Translations under genes and position numbers: made by a program
In this document: piece by piece, positions 49,912 to 61,200 of the stretch
Layout of the letters: each line of letters opens with the position of its first letter
How positions within the stretch are numbered: the first letter of the stretch is position 1
The notes under the pieces: model-generated
What the model was told of the DNA's origin: nothing
Databases searched by the model: none
What the model saw: only the letters and a program-made list of their open reading frames with translations
From: Macrostomum lignano
Taxonomy: Eukaryota
Direction: 5' to 3'
Assembly (NCBI GenBank): GCA_002269645.1
Contig: NIVC01001091.1
Span: 124,001-188,000 of the forward strand
DNA length: 64,000 nucleotides

Positions 49912-50997
49912 ATGGATGTGAACTCAAGGGAAGGACAGCGCGCTGCAATTTTTACCCTCTGGAAACTCGGAAAAAAGCGATCAGAGATTTATGCGGATTT
50001 ATGCAACATTCATGGAGCTAATGCGGTGAGCAGGATGACCGTCTACAACTGGGTTGAGCAGTTCGAAGCAGGAAGGACCAATGTTGCTGATTTGCCGAGG
50101 TCGGGCCGCCCCTGCACATCAGGCTCTGATGCTCTCACCGATCGAATTCTTGATCTGCTGGACGAAGATTGTCGGCTAACGATTCGACAGATTGCAGATA
50201 GACTGGACACGCCGAGCACAACTGTGCATCGCTGCTTGTCGCGCATGGACTTTGTCAAGCTGACTGCTCGTTGGGTGCCACGCCTACTCACCTCGGACTT
50301 GAGACTGCAGAGGCAGCAGATTTGTCAGGCCAATATTCGGATGATGGAAGAATACGGTGGTTGGGATCTCTTCCATCGAATGATAGTCACTGGAGATGAA
50401 ACCTGGATTCCCCATTTTGATCCACCAACGAAACGTGATTCCCAGGTCTGGATGCTGAAGGGCTCTGATCCTCCGGTAAAAGCTCAAAGGGACGCACATG
50501 GAAAGAAGATCATGCTGTCTCTGTTTTTCGACTGCAATGGTCCTCTAACTGTCGAGTTTTTGGAGCCAAACACTACAATAAACTCTGAGCGCTACGTTGA
50601 AACGCTAACAAAGCTGCATCATGACATCCAGAACAAGCGTCGTGAAAATCCCAGACCTTTCATTCTTCATCATGACAATGCAAGGCCTCATACAGCACAA
50701 AAGACAGTCGAGGCAATCAGCAAGCTGAAGCTCCATCTTCTACCTCACCCTCCTTACTCTCCAGACCTGGCACCAGCAGACTTTGCTTTATTTCCAGAGT
50801 TGAAGCGCCATCTGAAAGGACGCGTGTACGAGACCAGGAACCAGATCGAGGAGGAAGTCCGCAGAATTCTGCTGTATGTCATCCCCCGACAGCTGTACGC
50901 AGAAGCCATCAAAAGCATGTTTAACAGGTGGACCAAGTGCATCAACTCCGGTGGAAACTACGTTGAGAAGGTGTCGGTACCGACTGAGGATGAGTGA
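49912..50997 (+). CDS. Mariner (Tc1/mariner, DD34D) transposase, intact, 361 aa from ATG 49912 (upstream in-frame ATG at 49813)
   Basis: N-terminal HTH (VSRMTVYNWVEQF...RSGRP), WVPRLL, catalytic TGDETW, HHDNARPH and YSPDLAPADF with 34 residues between D2 and D3. No stops or frameshifts. Confidence 0.96.
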   Translation: MDVNSREGQRAAIFTLWKLGKKRSEIYADLCNIHGANAVSRMTVYNWVEQFEAGRTNVADLPRSGRPCTSGSDALTDRILDLLDEDCRLTIRQIADRLDTPSTTVHRCLSRMDFVKLTARWVPRLLTSDLRLQRQQICQANIRMMEEYGGWDLFHRMIVTGDETWIPHFDPPTKRDSQVWMLKGSDPPVKAQRDAHGKKIMLSLFFDCNGPLTVEFLEPNTTINSERYVETLTKLHHDIQNKRRENPRPFILHHDNARPHTAQKTVEAISKLKLHLLPHPPYSPDLAPADFALFPELKRHLKGRVYETRNQIEEEVRRILLYVIPRQLYAEAIKSMFNRWTKCINSGGNYVEKVSVPTEDE

Positions 50998-51879
50998 CAA
51001 AGAAGTCAAACTTTCTGTCATCAACAACGCGCCTCTGTTTTCATGCTTGCCATTGTAGTTGTTGCTCTTTAAATTTCTTGTAAGTCTATGGGTGACCTTT
51101 GACTACGTTTTTTGTTGTAACTTTTGACATAGTTGACAGAACGAAATGATTTTGGCGACAGATTAAAGATGAGTAAAGCCGCTTTCCAGCGACATAAAAC
51201 TTACAATGATTGGTTGCGTAGTTCCTGAGCAGCATGCAAAAGTATAAGTACTTATGGAACATCCCTCGGCTTTATAAGCTAGGTTTATAGCAAACTGTAC
51301 GTTTTAACCCAATATTCAAGAATAATCCCTTCCCTGACTTCTTGAGGGGTATTACACGTACCAAATACACACATTTGATGATGAAACAGCATTTTTAAGT
51401 TGTAAAAATTATGGTTTCTACTGAATGAAGTGATTCATTTTGTTCAATAAAGTCAGCATTTTAACGTTAAAAAGAGTTAAAACTGTAAAAATTGACCTTT
51501 TTAAAACGAAAATGTGCAATTTCTAGTAATTTAGCTTTCAATGAAAATGCCTTGGGTGGAATTCCAACTTGGGGCGGGGTGTGCATATGGAGATCAGTGT
51601 GTGACTCATTCCTGCTCGAAAGCTGTCTCTTGCCAACTTTGAAATCAGCATTTGGACAAATTAGCGGTTGAAATTATGGTTTTTGGGATGAAACTACTAA
51701 GTTTGATCAATTCGCATTTAGCATTTTAACGTTAGAAAATAATAAAACTGTGAAAATTGGCCTTTATTAAACGAAAGAATGAGAAATTCTAAGAATTAGC
51801 TTTAAAAAAAATCATGGTTTTAGTGGAAATTGGACTGGCTCGGGTAATCCGTGTGCGATTATAATTCCTGCTCAAAGCT

Positions 51880-53025
51880 GTCTCAGAGTTCCAGAAGTAG
51901 CATTTGTGATAATTTTGTGTTAAAATTGTGGTTTTTAGTGATGAAACCTACTGATTTTGATCAATAAAGTCTGCATTTTAACGTAAAAAATGCGTAAAAA
52001 CTGTGAAAAATTGTATTTTCTTATGAAAAAATGCTCATTTCTAGCAATTTAGGCTTCAATAGCCATGTCTTTGGCTGATTTTGGGCTGGCTTGTGGATGT
52101 TTGTGTGGGGTTCATTCCTGCTTAAAAGCTGTCTAAGGTCAAGTTGAAAGCGACATTTGGACAAATTAGCTGTTGAAAGTATGGTTTCTAGTGATGAAAC
52201 TACTGATTTTGATCAACAAAGTCTGCATTTTAACGTAAAAATGCATAAAAACTGTGAAAAATTGTATTTTCTTATGAAAAAATGCTCATTTCTAGCAATT
52301 TAGGCTTCAATAGCCATGTCTTTGGCTGATTTTGGGCTGGCTTGTGGATGTTTGTGTGGGGTTCATTCCTGCTTAAAAGCTGTCTAAGGTCAAGTTGAAA
52401 GCGACATTTGGACAAATTAGCTGTTGAAAGTATGGTTTCTAGTGATGAAACTACTGATTTTGATCAACAAAGTCTGCATTTTAACGTAAAAATGCATAAA
52501 AACTGTGAAAAATTGTATTTTCTTATGAAAAAATGCTCATTTCTAGCAATTTAGGCTTCAATAGCCATGTCTTTGGCTGATTTTGGGCTGGCTTGTGGAT
52601 GTTTGTGTGGGGTTCATTCCTGCTTAAAAGCTGTCTAAGGTCAAGTTGAAAGCGACATTTGGACAAATTAGCTGTTGAAAGTATGGTTTCTAGTGATGAA
52701 ACTACTGATTTTGATCAACAAAGTCTGCATTTTAACGTAAAAATGCATAAAAACTGTGAAAAATTGTATTTTCTTATGAAAAAATGCTCATTTCTAGCAA
52801 TTTAGGCTTCAATAGCCATGTCTTTGGCTGATTTTGGGCTGGCTTGTGGATGTTTGTGTGGGGTTCATTCCTGCTTAAAAGCTGTCTAAGGTCAAGTTGA
52901 AAGCGACATTTGGACAAATTAGCTGTTGAAAGTATGGTTTCTAGTGATGAAACTACTGATTTTGATCAACAAAGTCTGCATTTTAACGTAAAAATGCATA
53001 AAAACTGTGAAAAGCTGCATTTTAA
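51880..53025. repeat. 251-bp tandem satellite, 4 full units, inverted, in the right arm
   Basis: AAGTCTG anchors end at 51973, 52225, 52476, 52727 and 52978. Confidence 0.96.
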
Positions 53026-55283
53026 TGAAAAATGTGCATTTCTAGTCATTTAGCTTTCAAAATAACCAAATTTCTTGTTTGAAATTCCAACATTACTTTG
53101 TATGGAGAGGTCAGTGCATGATTCATTCCTGCTTCTAACAGATTAAACCGTCTCAAAGACCAAGTCTGAAAGCTTGAAGTGAGAAGGTAGGGGAGGCGGA
53201 GAGGCAGAATTGAATAGCCTCACGTATTTAAATTTGTGGACTTCACTACTTCTAGTAAACGCAAGGGTGACTTATACATTTTACAAATTTCAGAATCAAG
53301 TAAATCAGAATTGCATGCGGTGGAGACACTGATTCATAGGCTGTGTACATTTACAAATGCAGCTGGGGTTTGTCAATGTAGGTAGAGGTTGGCGGACTCG
53401 GATTTGCTCAGATTCGCGGGGTTGATGTGTGCATTAAAAGTTGGTTTCTTGCTATCTGGGGCGGCATGGATGACGTAATCGGAGAAGAGAGGGGTTTTGA
53501 AGTTTAATATAGGTCTGTGCTGTGGAAAGATCTGTTTGTACACTGAAAATGGAGAGAGGGTCGAAATTCCTTGGCATTTAGAAGGGGGGACAGAGAGAAC
53601 AGGGGCGAGTGTTAAAATTTAGCTCGATTTGTTATGGGGTCTGCGCTGTGTCTGGTAAACATCGGAGGGGTGGCTGTTTTCGAACAGGGTTGAATTTGAC
53701 TATGGTCCGAGTTAAAGGGTGATTCAGCATTCAGTATAGGAGCTTCGAGGGGATGGTTTACTGTAATTAAAGCGCGACGAAGCGTCTTGTATCATACCCA
53801 CTGTCAATAGAAATATAAAGCACTGCTTCAACACAGTCTTGTATTTGGGGGGCAGACTTGGGAGAGGCTTGGATGACGCAAACTCCACCCCATCGCTTGG
53901 CGAGAGTTTGTACAGGCCCGCCTCTATATGAAAGTATGTGTATTTTATAAGTGATTTCGAATAAATTATCAGCATATTCAAACCTACATTCTCCGAGGGT
54001 GAAAATGTACATACCTAATTTTTGGGGTATGTAGCGGATATGAGTATAGAGGCTATCGATGTACATATAGACTCCGACCCGTATTATTCAAATGTCTGAG
54101 AAATGTACATTGGAAATATACATTTACGTTGTAGGCTACACAATTAGTTGACTCATTTGGTAGTAGTAGATGAGATTGTACACTGTACATGTAGTAGGGT
54201 TTCGAGTTGTAATTTTGGTGCGCGCGCGCGCTGGGGATGACACTGTAGATTAATGCACATACTGCATACATATAGAATTGGGGATAGACATGGACATTTG
54301 AGTTAGGGATTAATGTACATGGAATTAATGTACATATCCAATTTGGGATAGATAGGGATTAATGTACATGGAATTAATATGAGCACATGGATTATTATGA
54401 CTACGGGGATGACACTGTAGATTAATGTGAGTGTACATGTAGAATTGGGGATAGACAATTTGGGATAGGGATTAATGTACATGGAATTAATGTACAATTT
54501 GAGATAGATAGGGATTAATGTACATGGAATTAATATGAGCACATGGATTATTACAACTACATATTGAATCACGCTTAGGATAGCGTTTTTGTATACTACT
54601 TACTTCATTTTCAGATAGTAGTATAATTTGCGTTTTTTGCGTCAGAATTCTGAAAATCAACAACATTATACGCGTTACGTAGTCTATTCATAGCTGAAAA
54701 ATAACTTGTAATGAAAAGGAGTCTGTACTAATGATATCGACATAATAAGAGATGGTCTCATGGCATGTTTAGGTTGAATTTCTAATAGAATTTGCATCGA
54801 CTAAACGCAGTCTTGTTAGCTCAAAAAGAAAGTAAAAATAAAAGAAGACAGTTTTTTAGTACTGAAGGTACGGTTAAAAATATTTGCTTGGATTTGGTCA
54901 TTGAGACAATGTTTTATTTAAATTATTTTATGTCGGAATAATTTTAGGAATATTGAATATATGTAGGCTTTAACGTACATGTAAATTGCAAAGCAAAATA
55001 TAGCATAATCTTTTAGTCACACTAATCATGAATGACGAAATTTTTGTTTTTAAATATGGTATTTAATTTATAATTCAGATTCAATATGCTTTTAAAAGTG
55101 TTTCTTCCTAAGGCCTGCATTTTCCTAGATTTTACTACATTGTCCTCAGTCGATGTTGCTACTTAGACTAGAAATTCCATTTTGGACATGGGTTCGCCTT
55201 AATTTCTTATCGTGGACTTTGTATATGTCAATTGCTAGAGTTGCTCCAAAAACTTCAGAGCTTAACGCGGGCGAACAAGTTCA

Positions 55284-58200
55284 ATGAAATCCTCAGATGA
55301 TGCCGACAGCTCAGCAGTCACCTCAAAAAACCACCAGACGGCTCAGCCATCGCAGACAGTCGCCAGAAATCCACTGCTTCACCGGCACTCGTCAAAGATC
55401 CTCAAACTAGCAGGCGATGGAGACTTACCTGGCACGCGCCTGGCCGCCAGTCCGAGCTACCAAGGCGTTATGCTCGGCGACTTGGCCAACGTGCCACCTG
55501 AGAATAGCCGCGTCGTACGCATCTTTCTATCGTCGACCTTCTCCGACATGTCGGCGGAGCGCAACTACCTCATGCAGCGCGTCAATCCCCGGCTGAAAAG
55601 GTTCTGTAGAGACACCTACGGACTGGAATTTCACACCATCGACATGCGCTGGGGCGTAGGCGACGATGTTCAACTAGATCATCGGGGTCCGGAAATCTGC
55701 TACCAGGAGATCCAGAATGCCCTGCTGACGTCAGCCGGCCCCTATTTTATTTGCCTGCTCGGTCAACGGTATGGCAATCAGCCGCCAGCTGCAACAGTGG
55801 AGACTGACACCTTTGAAAAGATTATTTCGGCTCTTACAGCCGATGGCCAGGACGTGTCCTGTCTGCGGGACTGGTACGCCATTGACGTCAACAGTCAGCC
55901 GCCGGTTTGCGTGCTGAAGCCCATTGCGACACCGGCTGAGGCGGTGAGCTGTGGATACTTTATAGTACCTGTAAAAATTAACACGAATTATTGTGGAAAA
56001 ATTGGATAAGTAGTACGAACTTCGGTCACAAATTTATAGGTAAATAAGCTATTCCAAGGAAACGGTACTGGCCAACACGAATTTTATACCAAAAATTATG
56101 AGATGTGACCTTACAGAAATCAACTCCACCTTCCAGGGAAATGAGACACCCCTGCTTGAGTCTCAGTGCCGAGTTCGCGATCTATTTCGCTCATTTCTGC
56201 ATTAAGCAGCATATACATATTCAATATTAGTGGTGTTGTTTAGCATTTTAGTAGAATTAAGTGATTTTTCTTCATGGTTCTTGATCAAATGAGCAAACGA
56301 AGTGTGTTTTGCTTGTTGCTATAATCGTTTAAATACGAGCGTGATCTCTACCGAAACTTTTTAGACCGATAAGGAGTTTCTTAGAAAGGCTCATCAGAGC
56401 TGGGCAGCTGTGAGCGATCGCCTAATTGACTTGATGCGGAGAGGCGCCGAGCTCTGCTTCCAATGCGGCCAAATTTCGCAGATGCAAATGAAGAAACTCA
56501 CCGCTTCGGTCACGGAGACGGAGATTCTAAATGGAATTTTGTCAATGCCCGAGAAGAGGCTGGCGCAGGCGCTGGCATTTGTCAGGGAGTACTCCAATCT
56601 GGAGACGCAGCGCGATCTGTCCCGCGGCAAGCTGTTTAAGTTTATCGACCTAATGGATTCTGTCGACGAAGCTGGCAAACCAGTGAAGGTTATTAACCCC
56701 ACTGTGAACCAGATGGTAAAGCAACTCAATGAAAGTGTTCTAACTAGTTTGCCCAGCTCAAATGCATTTAAATACTCGCTCGAATGGACCGACGATCACG
56801 ATGGCGCAAGTTTGGACTCGAAAGAAAACTATCTAGAGCGCTTCGGTAATGACTATTGCTGTGAAGTTCAGCGACTTGTGGCCGAATCCGTGCGGGAGAG
56901 CATGCGACTTCGATCCGACGATCTCTATTCAGAGGTGCTGCAGCACTCGACTGCGTGCGTCAACTACGTGAAGAAGTTCCAGGGTCGGCAAGAGATCATC
57001 GACAAGGTGAAGGCTTATGTGCAAGCGAGCAACACAACGGAGCCTCTGGTGGTGTACGGCGACTCGGGCAGCGGCAAGACCTCTCTACTTGGCAAGGCCG
57101 CCAGTCTGGTGCGAAGCTGGTTGCCAGAGTCCGATTCCAAAGATGCCATCGTGCTGCTGCGATTCCTCGGTACCAGTCCCGGTACGTCGAGCATTCGACA
57201 GACACTCAAGTACCTGTGCCGTCAGCTCGCTGTGTTCGGCAACGAGGACGACCAGGAAAAGTGCCAGTTGCTCGACGACTTCAAGGAGATCTTGAACACC
57301 TTCTACTCCATGCTCGAACGCATGGGCCAGTTCAGGAGAATCTTGGTGTTCCTTGACAGTGTTGATCAGCTGGACAGCTCTGACGGTGCCTACCATCTGA
57401 CGTGGGTGCGGACGCCATTGCCTGCCAACGTGAAGATGGTTGTGTCCACGCTGCCCAACATGTTCGACTTGCTGAAGACATTCAAAGGGAAACTGCCGAA
57501 CCCAGACTTCTACGTAGAGGTGACGCCACTGGAGACCAGTCTGTGCACCAGCATTTTGTCGGCGCTGCTCAGCGAACAAGGTCGCACTCTGAACGAGCAG
57601 CAATGGGCTCTGGTCGAGCAGGCATTCTCCAAGTGCTCACTGCCAATCTATGTTCACCTGCTGTACCACGAGGTTCTGAGATGGCGCTCTTACCAACAGG
57701 TAGATGAGTCGTCTCTGCGCTACACCGTTCGTCAGGCAATATTTCAGCTGTTCGAGAAACTCGAGTTGAAGCACGGCAGGCTGTTTGTAAGTACTTCATG
57801 TTAGTTACAGTAGCCCAGGCTAGTGAGAATAACCCACTACTATCCACTTATCTACAGTGATTGGATTTGATTTTCCAGACATCTCACGCCCTGGCATTCA
57901 TCACTGCATCGAGAAACGGACTGTCAGAGTCGGAGCTGGAGGATCTGCTCAGTCTGGATGACGCCGTCCTCATTGACGTGTTTCAGCATCACCTGCCGCC
58001 CTTCATCCGCATCCCGCCGATCTGCTGGGCTCGACTTCGTCACGACATTGGCTCTTACCTGGTCGAGAGAGAGGCGGACAACATCCGGGTAGAGTTCTGG
58101 TACCACCGACAGTTCATCGAGGTGGCTCAGGAGTACTTCTTGTCGGACGAAAAGACCAGACGGGACATTCACTCCATCATGGCAGACTACTTCTTGGGTC

Positions 58201-61200
58201 TGTGGAGCGGCAGGAGAAAGAAGTTCGTGTACCCAGCCTATCTGCGCAAGAAGCTCGTAAGTGATGACCGCTGCAGTTGATCTGCTCTCTGAAACGCCTT
58301 CAATGCGTTCTCACTGCTCCCCTCCAGAACCTGCCCGAGTTCTCAATGGAGGATCGAGCCGTTCCCGAGCAGCCATTCGTGCTCCGCAAAGATGAGGACG
58401 GCACTGCTCAGTACAACCTGCGAAAGCTGAACGAGCTGCCGTGGCACCTCATCAAGTCCGGTCGAGTGAACGAGTTCTACGACTACATTGTGTTTGACTA
58501 CGACTTCATGTTCAACAAGCTGAAGGGCACGTCTCGGTACCTGCTGCTGAGAGACCTCGACCTCCCGCAGAAGCTCGGAGTCGAGTACACCAAAGAGGCC
58601 GAGCTCGTGTACAATGCAATCCGACTCTCCGCTCAGAGTCTCGTGTACGACCCTGTCAATCTGAGCGTTGATCTCATCGGTCGGCTCATCATGTACGAGA
58701 AGGACTGTCCTCGAGTGAAGCTGCTGCTCAACCAGTGTCGCCAGTCGAAACAGGCTCTCAGCAACTGCTGCCTCATCCCGAAAGTGCAGTGCTTCGACTC
58801 CGGGTCTGGAGTTCTCTACTCCAGTTTCGATCTGGGTCTTGGACTAGGCATCATGCTTCCGAATGGTCAGGTGGCGGCCTTCTCGCTCATTAATAACGAC
58901 ATCACGTTTTACGATATCGAGGGAAATGAGATTAAGCGTTTTCCAAGCAACTACAACTTTGCAGTTAGTTTAAAGTACCTCGCAGAGGGCAACGTGCCCG
59001 TGTCAGAGGACTGCGTGGCAACTGTGATTGCTTTGCGGGATAAAAACATGCCGGTAGATGAGGAGGAAGTAGAATCTGCCCAGGGCTCTGGTTCAGATTC
59101 AGAACAGTACGATGTTGTTCGCCTAGACTTTATTAATGGAAAAGCTACCAAGTTGATGTCTCTGGCTCGACCACACAAACTAAGCATTCAAGATATTCAT
59201 ATAGTCACGGAGAACTACATCCTCCTTGGGAAAAGCCAATCAGATACTAGCATCGACGTGAGTTTATTGTCAATAAAAGACAATATTCTAGTTCCCCTTT
59301 TGGATGATCAGGTTTTAGTGCCCTCATCTTTCGGACGGCAATACCTGGACCCAGAGCAAGACCGTATCTGCGTTGGAATTTCCACCAAAAAGTCGAAATC
59401 CACCTTTTTACTGTTCAAAAACTTGAAGACTGGGGCAGTTTTGAACGGAGACTTGCTCGATATATTCCGATCTGTAGACAAGTCGAATCTCGAGGCTATT
59501 TGTTCGCCATCCGACATCAGTCAACGGCCACGAAATCCAGGACTAATCGATCTGCTGCACCAGGCGACTCACATAGCATTGGGCTGTTGCTGTTTAGCCC
59601 CAGACGGCAGCGTCGTAGCACTACTGTCGGTGCACAGTGCCGAGCTGACCGAGTGCACTATACTAGTGACATTCTGCACATGTGCTGAGGCTCTGCGGCC
59701 GACCTATATTGTAGACACCGGCTCGAGATTTCTTTCGAAATCGACGCAATGCATTCGCAGCGCCTCTATGAATCGAATCGCATTTTTTATTGAGATGTCA
59801 ACAAATAAAACTGAAAGTTCCAGTCAAACGCCCTCCATGCGCAGAGGCTACATCTACGAATGTCACTCAAAGCGAGCGGTTGAGCTCCGCATTGATGACA
59901 ATCTGAGCAGATTCTCAAAGTCGCTCAAAAAGTTCGGCAAATCGATGCGTGCATGCTTCACAGAGAATGAAAAACTGCTGGTGACCAACGAATTCCAAAC
60001 TTTACTGTTAGTTTGGTCAGTGCAAACTGGCCAGCTGTTGCACGGAATCAAGGATGGCGCAGCTGAGGGAATTCTGTGCGGTCAACCCAAGGGCACTGAG
60101 TTCATGACTATCTGCTACTTTCCCAACTTTCCTGACAGCATGAACATCTCATTGAAGGTCTACAATCTGGGAGTCTTTAATCAGGAAAATCAGCCAGTTG
60201 AGCAGGGTGGCATGACCCTGCCATTGTTCACCCACCGGTTCGCCTGGTCCTGCTGTGCCAAAGTTGCCGGAGAGCCTCGCAAGATAGAAGTCCTCGGCGA
60301 GGAACCAAAAGATACGCTGCTGTTGGACTCCGAGTCTCTGGAAGTCAGTCGTGTCGGTGCCGCAGGCCAGGCAGACTTTGTGCGAGTTCTTATTGATGAG
60401 CCGCGAGTTGAGCTGGTCAGAAAATCGTCCAATCAAGGCAAAGTGATTCTGGTCCTGCCCAACTGCCAGCTTGAGAACGTGCTTTCTGTTTCACAGCAGA
60501 TTCAGGAACCAGATGTGAAGCCAGAACCCTGCGCCATTGAGGAGCCCAAGAAGTTTTTAGAAGACCTAGAATTCACCGTGCTAGTCACCAAGGCTTCGGA
60601 TGGGACTGAGAATCGTCACGTGACATCAGCGCCGTTGCGCGAGTACAGCAGTTTGATATTTACGTCGACACCAATTTCGCAATTCTATTCCGATTCGCCT
60701 CTAATTTTTGTTGACGAATCGAGAAAACTATTGATGTCAATGACTTTCAATAAAAGCTTTCTATCATATGATGTTGCTGTTTCGACTATTAATCTAGAAA
60801 CGTTTTCCGGAGAGCAAAGCAAAATTAACTTGGAAAACCTTGAAGCGGAGCATCCATTTTCCGATCAATTTCTAAGCGTGTTTAATTACGTAATTGCCAA
60901 CGAGCTCAGGCCTGCCGCTAGAAACCGAGCTCAAACAGCGGATGAAAGTAACAAGGAACTGAGCCTTTACAATCTGACTACTGGGGAAAGGCAGTCGAAA
61001 ATCAATAAGTTCTTTCAGTACTACCTGCGCAACAGAACTAGCTGCATCGAAATCCAGTTCGTTGCAGAGCAACGGATTTTGAACCTGGCGATCTCGCAAA
61101 AGGAACAGGCTGCCAAGCTGATTCGCACCGGAGTTGGCGTGCCGTCCATATGGCTTGGCTTTGTCATCCGATTGGAGTATGGCGAAACGTCAATACCGCA

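Larger units (their letters stand above)
45096..54683. mobile_element. Giant foldback element (9,588 bp): inverted arms 45096-49712 and 51071-54683, 6-bp TSD CTATTC, central mariner transposase
   Basis: Ends are ACTACGTAACGCG.../...CGCGTTACGTAGT. CTATTC lies at 45090-45095 and 54684-54689. Four track ORFs are mirrored with identical translations (coordinate sum 99779). The only differences I noticed are satellite copy number and a 1-nt homopolymer indel. Confidence 0.93.

Noticed and set aside
45096-54683. Classification of the giant element as a Polinton/Maverick because of the 6-bp TSD
   Set aside because: The termini are AC...GT rather than AG...CT, and there is no pPolB, integrase, ATPase or capsid ORF.
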